NCBI GenBank assembly: GCA_040285825.1
Contig: JAUPSS010000002.1
Span: 2,604,001 to 2,668,000 of the forward strand
From: Eukaryota sp. TZLM1-RC
Lineage: Eukaryota; Protista; Metamonada: BaSk clade
Length of the DNA: 64,000 bases
Reading direction: 5' to 3'
The notes beneath the pieces were generated by a model, which was not told where the DNA came from, did no database searches, and saw only the letters and a program-made list of their open reading frames with translations. Positions within the stretch are counted from its first letter, which is position 1. Every line of letters begins with the position of its first letter. Shown here piece by piece: positions 1 through 11,303 of the stretch. A program made the translations under genes and the position numbers.

Positions 1-115
1 GCTTAACGTCTATCAAGATTGCATAAATTGGTCAAAAGCCAGAAGTGCGTTTTGATAGAAATTCACAGTAAGAAAAACATTTTCTTTATAAATTTGACCA
101 CTTCAAAAACACATA

Positions 116-1036
116 ATGTATCTTCATGACCCACATGCTCAATGTCATATTGTTGACACAATAGAAACAGATCCTGGACATTTTGCTGCTTTTATTTTAC
201 GTTCAAACAATGGTCGATGTGCTGTTATCGAAACTTCTACTCACCTTGCTGGTCATACAATACTAAGAGCCCTTGATGATATTGGGATTGCACGTGCTGA
301 CGTGGATTTAGTTTGCACTACGCATGTTCATCTTGATCATGCAGGTGCTTGTGGCATACTTATTCAGTCTCTACCCAATGCCAAACTCGCGGTTCACTCA
401 TCAGGAGCTAAACATATGATTGATCCATCAATTCTCAACAATGCTGCTCGATCTGTTTACTCTGACCACATCATGGATACTGTTGTCGGGGAGAGTCTAC
501 CAGTACCTGTAGAACGAGTCATCCCCATTACAGATGAAATGGAACTCAGTTTTGGGGATCGTTCGCTCCATTTTATTTACACGCCAGGCCACGCTTATCA
601 CCACCTCTGTATCCTGGACAAGTTAACTGGGACTCTTTTTGCTGGGGATTGTCTTGGTTCAATCTACAACGTTTCCGGAAAAGAGTTTCTGGTTTTGGGT
701 AGCGCTCCAACCCAATTTGATCCTATTCAATGGAAGCTTTCCTTGGAGAAAGTAGTGAGGTATGATATTCAATTGGTTGCCTTGACTCATTTTGGAATAT
801 TTACAGAGGTAAGAGGTTTGTTTGATAGAGTGACTGAACTTGTAGAGGAACATGAATCTATTGCTCGTAATGTCCCATTAAAGGATATTCCAAACTTAAT
901 TCAACAATTGTACAAGAAGAGAGCCATGGAGGAGCAAGTGGATTGGGATTTGTTTGTGGAGAAGTATCAGTTTGACTTGGATATATCTATTCAAGGTTTG
1001 GTTTACTTTAGAAATAAGCTGGATAGGAATAAATAA
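116..1036 (+). CDS. Metallo-beta-lactamase-fold hydrolase (bacterial-like glyoxalase II/MBL family)
   Basis: THVHLDH metal motif, TPGHAYHH, LFAGD and THFG motifs; intronless 306 aa ORF. Confidence 0.85.
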   Translation: MYLHDPHAQCHIVDTIETDPGHFAAFILRSNNGRCAVIETSTHLAGHTILRALDDIGIARADVDLVCTTHVHLDHAGACGILIQSLPNAKLAVHSSGAKHMIDPSILNNAARSVYSDHIMDTVVGESLPVPVERVIPITDEMELSFGDRSLHFIYTPGHAYHHLCILDKLTGTLFAGDCLGSIYNVSGKEFLVLGSAPTQFDPIQWKLSLEKVVRYDIQLVALTHFGIFTEVRGLFDRVTELVEEHESIARNVPLKDIPNLIQQLYKKRAMEEQVDWDLFVEKYQFDLDISIQGLVYFRNKLDRNK

Positions 1037-1286
1037 GTGAATAAATCCAAATTAATTAAATGCATTAGAACAAAAAGCAAAAACATGATGTAACATTCTG
1101 TGACTGCTCTTTGGCATAAACTTTGCGAAGGAGCAGTGTTAACTTAGTCATAAAGAATTACAAGCAAATGGGCTCTTATTATTTTTACAAAACTGTTTAT
1201 TAATACTCTCTCATCTGCTTTCAAGTACCAAAGGCTATTAACACTGAATTTCTGCCTGTTTGCTCTACACGTTATTGATTTCAATA

Positions 1287-2461
1287 ATGATGCTTTCATC
1301 GACTGTTTCTTATGAACAATGGATCATCTCTGGAGTCCTTGTCTTTATTAGTGCTGTTCTATCTTCTTCTGTTGGTATTGGTGGTGGCGCCTTATACACT
1401 CCAATTCTTATTCTCGTCTTTCATACTGCATTCAACTCTGCCTTTGGTGCGGCAAAGGCACTCATTTTTGCAACAATGAGTGCGGCGTTTATATTAGATA
1501 GAAAAAACAGTGACCAATCCACAACAATTCCACTTGCCTTCTTTTTAGAAGCTCCTATGCTTGCTGGTACCGTGGTAGGAGTATTAATAAACGCATTCTT
1601 TCCACCTGTAATAACCAGTTTTTGTTTGGTAATTTTGCTCTGTTATAATGGTATTAGATCTATAAAAAAGGGTCTTAAAGCTAAGAAAGACTACAAAATT
1701 TCACTCTCAAATGATGTTGATGAAGCAAGTGGTCTACTTAATGAATCAAAAGTATCTATTCTTCATTTTCAACCTCATCATAGCAAGATATTGAAGAGCA
1801 ACGACCACTGAAAACTCCTTATTTGATCATTGTCTACTTTGTTCTTGAATGGTGCTTCGTGTTGACTCTCACAATCCTTCGAGGTTCTATTCAGTATCCT
1901 TCTCCCATCGGTATTGATGTCTGCTCTTACATGTGGTGGGGCTTAACGCTGGCCCAGGTACCTCTCGCTGTGTTTTTCTCCTTCATGTCACTGAAAGTTA
2001 CTAAATCTTTCCCCCGATGGTCAAAGAAGAAGTGCACCAAGCTCTTCTCTCTTGCTTTTGTCTCTGGATTCATTGCTTCTGCCCTTGGGATCGGTGGTGC
2101 CATGGTCATGACTCCTGCCTTACTGTCTTTTGGGTACACTATGATGCAGGCAAGATCGGCTTCTATCTTTATTATCCTTTTTAGTGCCTCTGCTTCGTTT
2201 ATTCAGTATGCTCTTTTTGGTGCTCTTGATTATGAAACTGTTCAAGTGCTGGCTCCTTTGGCCTTTTTTTCTGCTTTGTTTGGGCTCTCGTTTATGTCTA
2301 AATGGCTCAAGAGGAGTAAAAAGGTACATGTTATTACAATACTTCTTGGTTCAATGATTTTGGTTTCAATGTGTATGGTTATTGTTTCAACTATTATCAG
2401 AATGCAGAATACTTCTCCATTTATGGAAAACTTTAAATTTCACAATATTTGTGTAAAGTAA
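1287..2461 (+). CDS. Sulfite exporter TauE/SafE family membrane protein; 2 exons, intron 1752-1783
   Basis: Two GIGGG repeats with TM helices; a 32-nt GTATCT..CATAG phase-0 intron joins ORFs 1260-1811 and 1823-2461 in frame; first ATG at 1287. Confidence 0.85.
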
Positions 2462-2660
2462 TTGTTTTTTTTGTTTTTGTTATCGTTAATTTAGTCTTTA
2501 TTAATTTCTTATTCTATTTTATTGAGGTTGTTTGGTTCATTTTTTCATCTTTTTGGTCCACTACGCTGACTTCAACATTTCTTGTTGCTGTTTTGTTTGT
2601 TCAAATAAAATAAAACTAAAAAAACTATCAATTTAAATCCTAAAGACGAAATTCATTTAT

Positions 2661-3725
2661 TTATTCAACCTTGACTACTTGACTTCTATGAACCACGAAA
2701 AAGATTACAAAAATAACAAATACCACAACTTCTACTAATACCACCGTATAAAAAACAAAAGCTTCGGGAATCCATCGTTGAAATTCATCATGGCGCAGGG
2801 GTCTAATAGGGAATTCTTTATCATATTTAGTAGTAATAACCTCACCAGCAATCTTATCTTGAAGTTCAACAGTCAATGTAAAAACTCCGTATTTCTCTGG
2901 AAGGTCAATATTAGCACAATATTGACCTGATGATGTGTCAAACTGCATTCTAAATCTACTATACTCTTCCACAAGTTTGAAAACAGTGTATACATCATTA
3001 CTGGAAACTGTATCCCAATTACCTGCAGCCCCAGCCCACTCTTCAACTTTAGCACAAACCTTGACTGGTTGGCTAATTTTGAACGTGCCATCATTAATTG
3101 CCACGTCATGGCCTGCTGGCTGAATAGATACATTAGATATTCTAAAGTCATGGCGTTCGTGGAGGAACAGATCAAAAGAGTTCTTGACAGCGGTGCGATA
3201 GGAATCTTGATCAACATAGTGATTGGCCAACGATTCAACATTTTCAATGAGCAAAATTCTATTGTGGCTACGCTTAGTGAGAATGACACGAATTGCCACA
3301 TCATCAGCACTGACAAGGTGGAGCTCAGGAGATTGATCAGAGTCTTCGTCAATGGAGAAGCCCAATTCCATCAGCGCAGTTTCCAAATCTTCGTCAGTTT
3401 GTTCGGACATTGTGAGCGCGATGTTAGCTCCTTCCTCTATGAGATCGGTAAGATCATCCCACTCCATGTTGGCAGCTGGTACATCAGACTCTGGACATGC
3501 AAATATGAAGAAATCATGGGTTAACTTACCAAGATGACGAAGATGGAGGTCGTCGTCGGTGGAGCTATAATCGAAATGGTACTCTTTGAAGAGATTTTCG
3601 AGTGATTTGAAGTCCGATGGTTGATGGTTATCGTCATGAATAACAAGAATCGAATTCCTCAATGGAGGAACAGGAGAGCTAAGTGCCAGAGTAATACAGA
3701 TGCAGAGGAGTAAGATGGTTTTCAT
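2661..3725 (-). CDS. WBP1: Oligosaccharyltransferase 48 kDa subunit (OST48/DDOST)
   Basis: Signal peptide; C-terminal LPEKYGVFTL..PIRPLRHDEFQRWIPEAFVFY motif followed by a TM helix and a KxE-type tail. Confidence 0.75.
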   Translation of the reverse strand: MKTILLLCICITLALSSPVPPLRNSILVIHDDNHQPSDFKSLENLFKEYHFDYSSTDDDLHLRHLGKLTHDFFIFACPESDVPAANMEWDDLTDLIEEGANIALTMSEQTDEDLETALMELGFSIDEDSDQSPELHLVSADDVAIRVILTKRSHNRILLIENVESLANHYVDQDSYRTAVKNSFDLFLHERHDFRISNVSIQPAGHDVAINDGTFKISQPVKVCAKVEEWAGAAGNWDTVSSNDVYTVFKLVEEYSRFRMQFDTSSGQYCANIDLPEKYGVFTLTVELQDKIAGEVITTKYDKEFPIRPLRHDEFQRWIPEAFVFYTVVLVEVVVFVIFVIFFVVHRSQVVKVE

Positions 3726-3839
3726 GAGGTTGGGTTGAATTGAGTTGCAAATTTCAACTTGGTTTATTCAAGCGAAATTGTTAAAAACTAGAAATCAATT
3801 TTCTCAAACTCCACATCTACCATTGAAAATTTACCCAGA

Positions 3840-4630
3840 GCATTTTATTCATAAAATCTTTCTAGTGGCAACAAAGAGCTAGAACCAAGGCTATGCATTC
3901 CTTTCAAAATAGAAAATACAATTCTGTTTTGCCAAAAGGTTCGGTCAAATATTCCAGTTCTGTTTTTAACAATAGTTGAAAAATCGTCCAAAAAAGATGA
4001 CGCAGTGTTACCCAAGGTCCCAAATAAAGAACATGCAAAAGGACAAAGAAGGTATTGAGGGAGTTGGAATTCAGATTATTGATTGTTTCAGCATACTTCA
4101 TAATTTTCGCTTCTTCAGCTCTACGTAAAGGTGAATTATAAGATGGTGTCAATTTTTTATTTGAGCTGTTTGATACATCAGTAGATCTGACATCAATAAT
4201 GATCATTGATCCATCAAGACCGGGAACTAACACATCACCGCGGCTATCACCAAAAGAATTTCTGTCAGCTTCATCAGCCAAATTTGAAAGCAAAGGTTCT
4301 AAAAAGGATTCGATCTTATAAGACTTAAACATAACAATAGAGCTGATCACGTACTGCATCATGCACTTTTGATCTAAGGGTAATAAAACGATTACAATTA
4401 AATAAATGGGTTGGAGTGAAAGTCTTTCCACATTTACAAATTAAACCATGGGGAAGATTATCTGCCCGAATAAAAGATCCAAGACGGATAGATAATGAAA
4501 AGCTTATTCCGTATTTATTATTGTATTTTCTTACACTGTTTTGAAATTGTTTATATGAAACAACCAAGTGCTTAATACCATACAGGTGCAGTCACAGCGT
4601 AAGGAAACTATCAGTAGACTGCATGGTGTA
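3840..4630 (-). mobile_element. Degenerate 3' fragment of RLE-type non-LTR retrotransposon (family 1)
   Basis: CKC..H..NC..HD zinc knuckle and RGD..D..D restriction-like endonuclease motifs, frameshifted; boundaries approximate. Confidence 0.75.
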
Positions 4631-5221
4631 TCTTTGTTGGCTCTTAGCCATAGTAGTTGTAGTGATGACGTGTCACTGCTATATTTAGATTGTAGTAATT
4701 TTATCCTTGATTTTCCTTGTTGCATTGATAAACATCTGTCCACGTTTTTAATGCTATTCTCTCGAGCACATAACCCAACAGTAATTATTGTGGATCCCAG
4801 TTGCTCCCTTCCTCCGTGCCTTCGGTCGAGAAGCTGTCTCCCGGTTTGTTGAGAAGCTTAGGGTCTATGTCGTCCGCATGGCCTCCCATGCTAGTTCCCG
4901 TCCCCGTTCCAGTTCCCGTTCCCGTCCTCGTTCCACCGAAGCAGAAAAAGCTGAAATTTCTACTGACCAGTGCAAGCCTCAAGCTGACGACCGTAGAAGC
5001 GCAAGCATCCGGTCTCACGCTGACCCTTCAACAACTGTACATCAGACCTCTGCTCTAGAGGAAAACGACCCTGAGCAAGTCCATTATAACTTCTTTCCGA
5101 TAAAGAAGATGAAGAAGCCACTGCTGAACTCCAAGCTTCTCCCACTGAATCTGTCAGTTCCAAGACCAACATTAACAATTTCACTGGTCTCCGTTTCTTT
5201 TCTTCCCTTGATTACGATGAC

Positions 5222-6115
5222 TTGGCCGCTCTCATCTCCCCACATTTACCTCATACTATTTTTTCAGAAGTCCTTGAAACCTTTATGCTTATGGAGAATG
5301 TGGATCCCAATGACCTTGACTCCATTGCTCGCTACCTTATTTCCTGTTGTGAGGTTGAAGACATCTCAGAAGTCTATCTTCAACTTGAGCGCCTTCGTCT
5401 AAACCTGAACTCGTCCTCCGCCACTGAAGCTATAGCTGCTTACACTACTGCCTTTCTGAAGATCCTTCGTCTAGCTCCTTCTTTTACTGACTCCAAATCC
5501 AAACTCCACTTCTTTATTAATGGTATTCGTTCTGATGCTGTAAAACGCATTCTGAAGCATGATATGCGTAATGAAGACATCCAAGACTTACTTGAACTGA
5601 TCTCCTGTCTTAAAGAACTGTTACCTAGATACCATTTGCCTTACTCCGAATTCTACTCCTTTAACAAGCGTTCTTCTACACCTAGTCCTCGCAATATTGA
5701 CGAACAAAGTAATCACTCTCGTCCTTCTTCTCGCTTCTCCTCCCGTCGTTACTCCAATCAGTCTCATTCCAAGCAAAACCGTAATCCCTCCTTTAGAACT
5801 CCTCGTAATCCCCGAACTCCTTCCACTTCTTCAAGAACACCTATTAAGTCTGCCTCCAAATCTTCTCAAGACATCATCTGTCGCTTCTGTAAACAACCTG
5901 GTCATATGATCAAGAATTGTCCTGACCCCAGCTGCCGTGTATCTCAACAACATAAATCCGACCCCCAGCCCCGCTACCGTACCCCTCGTGAACCAGTAGG
6001 AAGAAGAGAGATTCCTACTCGAAAACGTAATCCCCAACTTAACTCCATCATTTCTTCTATCCAGGATGGTATTAAAGAAGATCATGACATTGATCATACT
6101 CATCTCCCCATTTAG
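5222..6115 (+). pseudogene. gag of element L1 (N-terminal part frameshifted, starting near 4790)
   Basis: CCHC zinc knuckle and Arg/Ser-rich nucleocapsid region. Confidence 0.8.
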
Positions 6116-7075
6116 CTAATGCGAAGAGTTTGTCGAGTCTAGTAAGAAATTCAGGTTTAGAGTCAGCGGCAAGGATTAAATCGTCCATATAGATAAATAT
6201 TCCGTCTAAGTTGAATATCCTTTTCATCAGATTTTGAAAAATCGCAGGGACATTCTTAAGTCCAAAAGAGGCGCGAGTGAACATCACTTTTTCCCGGTAT
6301 TGAGATAGCAGTCTTTGGCTGATCGTCGGGATGAAGGTTAAGTTGCCAAAAGGCTTTGGGTAAATCCAGGGTAGCGATGTAAGTTGCGTTTGAAAGAAAT
6401 CTACAAACATCAGAGATTCTAGGGAGATCAGCGGGTATAGGTACGGTTTTGGCATTGATTCCGTTTGAGCCAGAGTAATCGCCAGTGAGTCTGGGTGGTT
6501 TTTGTGGGGTTTGTACCAAACAGATGGGAGAAGAGAAGGGTCCATTGTAAGGGACGGCGAATCCATGTTCAATGAGTAAGTCGATCTGTTCGTTAGCGAT
6601 GCGGAGCTTGACTGGAGGTAGGTAGCGGGCTTTCTTCGAGACTATTTCAGATTCATCATAGAACTCAATAGTCATTGGGGTTCAATCAATTCCACGGGAG
6701 TCGGGAAGTTTAGAAAAAATTTGAGGATACTTTAGAAGGAGATTTTTAATATTTTGAGTTAGGGTGGAATCGTCTAGTAGGAATTTAACTTTGTCAAGAT
6801 CAGGCAGGGTTACAGCTTTGAATACAGTCAAAGCAGGAGGCATGAATTGGTCGGGTACAGCGTTTTCGTCTTGAATAGATAAGTTTCTTTCTGTTAAGTT
6901 TATGAATAGGTAATTGTTGGTGAGTAATCCAAGTGATTTCAAAAGATCACAACCTATTAGGCAGGAATAAGGGCACTCAAGGACAGCTAAGGTAGTAGAG
7001 ACATAAGTTAGTTTGGCAGTTCCACCAAGAGCAAAAGCAAGGGTTCCGGAGACTAGCTGGCATTCCACTGAGTTG
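6110..7075 (-). pseudogene. Inverted protease C-terminus plus RT N-terminal half of element L1
   Basis: LIGCDLL protease motif; RT motifs LDLPKAFWQ, FGLKNVP and YMDD on the strand opposite to gag and IN. Confidence 0.85.
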
Positions 7076-8070
7076 TTATCCACTTCGTAGACGCCTTTTC
7101 CAAATTTTCAATTCTTGTCCCAGTTGCCGATGTTACCGCTCTTACTGTAGTAAACTCTATCCTTGTTCACGTCTACTCCGTCTTTGGAGCTGCTCGTTCG
7201 ATCCATTCCGATAATGGACCTGATTTCTCTAATAAGATCTTTTCTCTACTCTGTCAATTCTTGAATATCGAACACACCCTGTGTATTCCACACTTTCATC
7301 AATCTAATGGACTTGTCGAAAGACAACATCGTACTGTCCTGCAAGCCCTGAAGAAACTGTTACTGGATTTCGCTGACTACCAGAACTGGTCAGATTATAT
7401 ACCAATCTGCCAGCTTATTGTAAATTCTCACCATAGGAAATCTCTTGGAACCTCTCCTTATTTCTTACTCTTTGGAACTAATACTTCCCCTCGACTTCTT
7501 CCTCATGAGATGCTTGAATCCCTCAAACCTCCTGCTAACCAACCTGACCTTTCTGATTACCTTGCTCATCTTACTTCTTTGACTCAAACTCTTACCGATT
7601 CTTGGAATAAAATAGATCTGGATTCTATTGCTATTGAACCCAGTGCTCCTTTAACCTGTAAGCTTCAACCTGGTGATCGTGTGTTTGTTCTTCGAGACAA
7701 ACCAGCCAAGCTTCATGGCCATTTTGTAGAACTTTATGTTGTTGAAAAACAACTTACCAACTCTTCAATCCTTGTGAAGAATCCTATTACTAAGAACTTG
7801 CTTAAAACCTCAATCCACTTAGTCGAACCTTGTACATCCTTCCTGCCTAAAGAAATTCTTGATTCTTAAGTGGCCGCTGATAAAGGAGAACATGTCATAG
7901 ATGCCATCGATTCTATCGAAAACAACAACGCTACTATAATCTGGTCAGATGGAACCAGTACTGTGCAACCTGTAGACTCAATCAAGAATACTGCTTCCTA
8001 CAAATGTTTTATGGTGCTCCATGAAGATGTTCCTAAGAAGAAAACCCGTGGAAAAAGAAAGAAGAGGTAG
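7075..8070 (+). pseudogene. Integrase core plus chromodomain-like tail of element L1 (internal stop 7867-7869)
   Basis: FVDAFSKF, HSDNGPDF, HQSNGLVER; tail EHVIDAI..IIW..T. Confidence 0.85.
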
Positions 8071-9341
8071 TGTTGGCTCTTAGCCATAGTAGTTGTAGTG
8101 ATGACGTGTCACTGCTATATTTAGATTGTTGTAATTTTATCCTTGATTTTCCTTGTTGCATTGATAAACATCTGTCCGCGTTTTTAATGCTATTCTCCCG
8201 TGCACATAACCCAACATCTTTACAATTTTTACACGATATATTTTTGTGCAGTATAGATACAATGACTACATTCGACTCATATTACCACTCATTTTGACCC
8301 AAACAATTGCAAACTTAATGTGATAAATCATACAGTTAATTTCAGGTGTCATAATTTTTGCCCATTGCCACTGTTATCAATTCTCACTATTGAAAACTAA
8401 TCACTCACAAGATGTAGGTTCTGGCTTCTGTATATTTTAGACTTGAATGAAACTTATTGTCAGAATTTTAAAAACAGAAGTTGGGCATTTTTTCAAAGTG
8501 ATAAATTCATTATTCATGAGGACTTGATAAAACTCCACTGGTTTTTTAGTTTATTTGAATCAAATCAAAATTTAAATTCTAAATTTGTACTTATTGATAG
8601 AATGGATTTCTTCCATTTATGTCATTAAATTGTTTCACTCAACTAAACTTTGATTTTCCATTTTTTAAAATTTTCTATTCAACCCATCATAATTTAAAAC
8701 AATAACAACATGTATATTTTCATTATTGAACTACAACACTTAATAAATTAAAATCAGAACTAATTGGACTAAATTCCATCAAACATCTTTTCATTGACTA
8801 TTTGGACTCTAATATTAGTACTGATGATTGCCAAGAAATACACGATTTATCGATTACTTTTGTGTATCAATTTCCAAATGAAATTTCAATGTTAACTAAT
8901 TTTGATAATTGTATAACAAAATTCACCAAAACCACATTATTGGCAACCCACAACATCAAAAATCTTGACTTGCCCTCTTTGATGAGTCGTTCTGACATTT
9001 ATGGAAAGGATATTTTCAAAGAAGATTACAATTCCAAACCTTTGAATGACGCTTTGAAATCATTTGTTGAAAACGTAAATGATTTTCAAGTCATTGATAC
9101 CTTATTTATTTATTTTTTAATTTTTTTTTCTCAATTATGTAACACTTTTTATTTATGTTGAGCTGGAAATAGTTTCGCCGATGTATCTTCTCACTTACTA
9201 CACCAAACCAAACATGAACTTATTGAAGCTGACAAAGAAAAAAAACCTAGTCCCGCTTGGAAATTGAAACTGTTGAAAGAAGTTGTCAATAACTGATCAA
9301 CGAGAAATAAGAAACTACTCCAATACTGTAATCATGACGCT

Positions 9342-11070
9342 TTGCTGGTGTATGACATCGTCAATTATTTCCTCAAACCTGATAGCCAAAAACGTCATAA
9401 TCAAATGTCGATGAAAATTATCAAATGTGGTTTGATAAATTTAATTCCTGACCATATTATTCAAAAAGTAATTGAATCAATGGTTATCAACATTGACAAA
9501 ATTGTTCGAAGAACTTACTTGATGAAACTGTATTATTTGGATTGTTTTGAAATGTGTGATGAACCAGTATTAGCTGATATAAGCAACTATATGAGTAGTA
9601 AAACAATTTGATAGAAAATATTGTGATTTGATCTTGAACAAAGATGAAAGAGAAAATTTGGATGTTGATATCTATCTTCAAGGGCTATACAAGAGTGTTT
9701 CTGGGAAACCACCAGGTCAAACTGCTCAAACTTTAAGACGAATAATGGCTAATATTTTTATTAACCATTATTACCATCAGTTACCCTCGATCTATACTCA
9801 TGTCAGTGATGTGGGATTGACTCGAATTTTAGATCATTGTGTGACCAATATCGACACTTCCTATATGGTCAATATTCAGCAACGCTTCTTCGAACATTTT
9901 TGCCACTGGTTCAATGTTGCTTTGGAAGTCAAAAAGATCTTGTTTCACCAGACAAGCACGACATGATGAAACCTATTTTTCGAATGTGTGAACATGAACT
10001 AAATAGTATTTAAACTGTTGACTTTTGTTGAGTATAAGTATCAAGCTTGAAAAATTTCTGATTGTTATAAGTAATCCACTCAAAATTCAAATAGTTGTTG
10101 AGGATGATGTTGTTAAAGAACTTGAGGATGAATAAGAGGATTCAAACAAAGAAGTTGAAAAATTGAACACATTACTTTTGGATTTACAAACTTCTGATGA
10201 GGATTTATTATCAGAGTTTCAATCAAATTCCATCAGGGACAGAAAATATTATCAGAAAATTGTGAACACACTCAAGGCGTTAACAACAGATTCCTGTGAA
10301 TTCCCATTGGAAAAATTCAGGAGTGCCCTTTTGGACCAGGTCAAACATCACTTGTTGGCAAGATACAAATCAATGAAATCATTGTTCGTGTATAATCAAA
10401 AGCTTGATCAAAACATTTTCTCTTCAACAGAATGTAAAACTGTAAATGATATGCCCCAGCAAATGAATTTCAATTTGTCCACCCCAAAATCCAGGTCAAA
10501 GAAAGGAAACCCCAATTTACCTAATATATTTTATGATATACGGGTAAAATGGGAAAATATCTTAAACGATCTTTTATACTCATGGTGGACGTCAGTCGTA
10601 TTTCTGAAGAATTGATTAAAAACGCTGAAGGGGAAAACTCAATCCTTTATTCATCTGCAAAGTTTTTCCTATCAGAACATCACTTTCTCCAGCGTATATC
10701 CGGGTTGAAACCAGAAGTATGCAAATCATTATTAATCAATCAAGAAAACTGTCTGGTGAATCCACCGTACTTCCCATCACAGAGCATGATGAAACTCAAA
10801 AAACGATGATCAAACGATTGATGTTGATGAAAAAAATCTCAAAACATGGAAGAGGGTACGCAACATGCAGCATAGTGCCATGACCAAAAATACTCATGGT
10901 TACTTTTTTGACAGCAGTATTCTGACAGATGGCTTTGGAGTTTCTCTTCAACACAAGAAGATTGATTTGAATAAATGCAAAGACAAACAAAAAGATCTTC
11001 ATGATCTTTGTGAAGACGAACTGAAGTCATTCAAAGGTAAGGTCATTGCTGGAATAGACCAATATCATTA
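9342..11070 (+). pseudogene. Fanzor (eukaryotic TnpB-like) remnant A: N-terminal region up to RuvC-I, 3' truncated
   Basis: Fragmented frames with IIKCGL..KI..LKLYYL, L..IL...I.TSY.VNI..RF and FDSSILTDGFGVSL..VIAGID (RuvC-I), as in Fanzor1-type proteins. Confidence 0.65.
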
Positions 11071-11303
11071 TACCACTATCAATATATTCCAGAAAATCTT
11101 TGGATGTGCAGCAATTCAGAGAGTACATTAACATGTATTGCTCTGTCCAATTTACCAATACTTCTGTTTAGGCGCCACACTCTATACAAATATATGAATA
11201 AACACAACAGTGAGGGAACAAATGATTAGTGAGGGTGGGAAAGGATTTCTTATCATGGATAAAAACATGCATTTTTTGAGTTATCAGTGGGTAGCTGGCT
11301 AAA

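Larger units (their letters stand above)
4635..8216 (+). mobile_element. Ty3/gypsy LTR retrotransposon (element L1), defective, with internal inversion
   Basis: 146-bp TG..CA LTRs at 4635-4780 and 8071-8216 (4 differences); 4-bp TSD TCTT; PPT 8051-8070; gag with CRFCKQPGHMIKNC knuckle; integrase SDNG..SNGLVER. Confidence 0.95.

Noticed and set aside
1-70. Possible seventh Fanzor C-terminus (LNVY/KIA*IGQKPEVRFDR) upstream of the MBL gene
   Set aside because: Needs a frameshift and a stop, and is cut by the window edge; not supportable without upstream sequence
3069-3524. Short antisense and overlapping ORFs in the ORF track (here and throughout)
   Set aside because: Shadow frames of real genes or TEs with no motifs
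4663-4672. TGATGACGT (CRE/ATF-like) motif shared by L1 and L3 LTRs
   Set aside because: The same string also occurs within coding regions of the window; insufficient evidence
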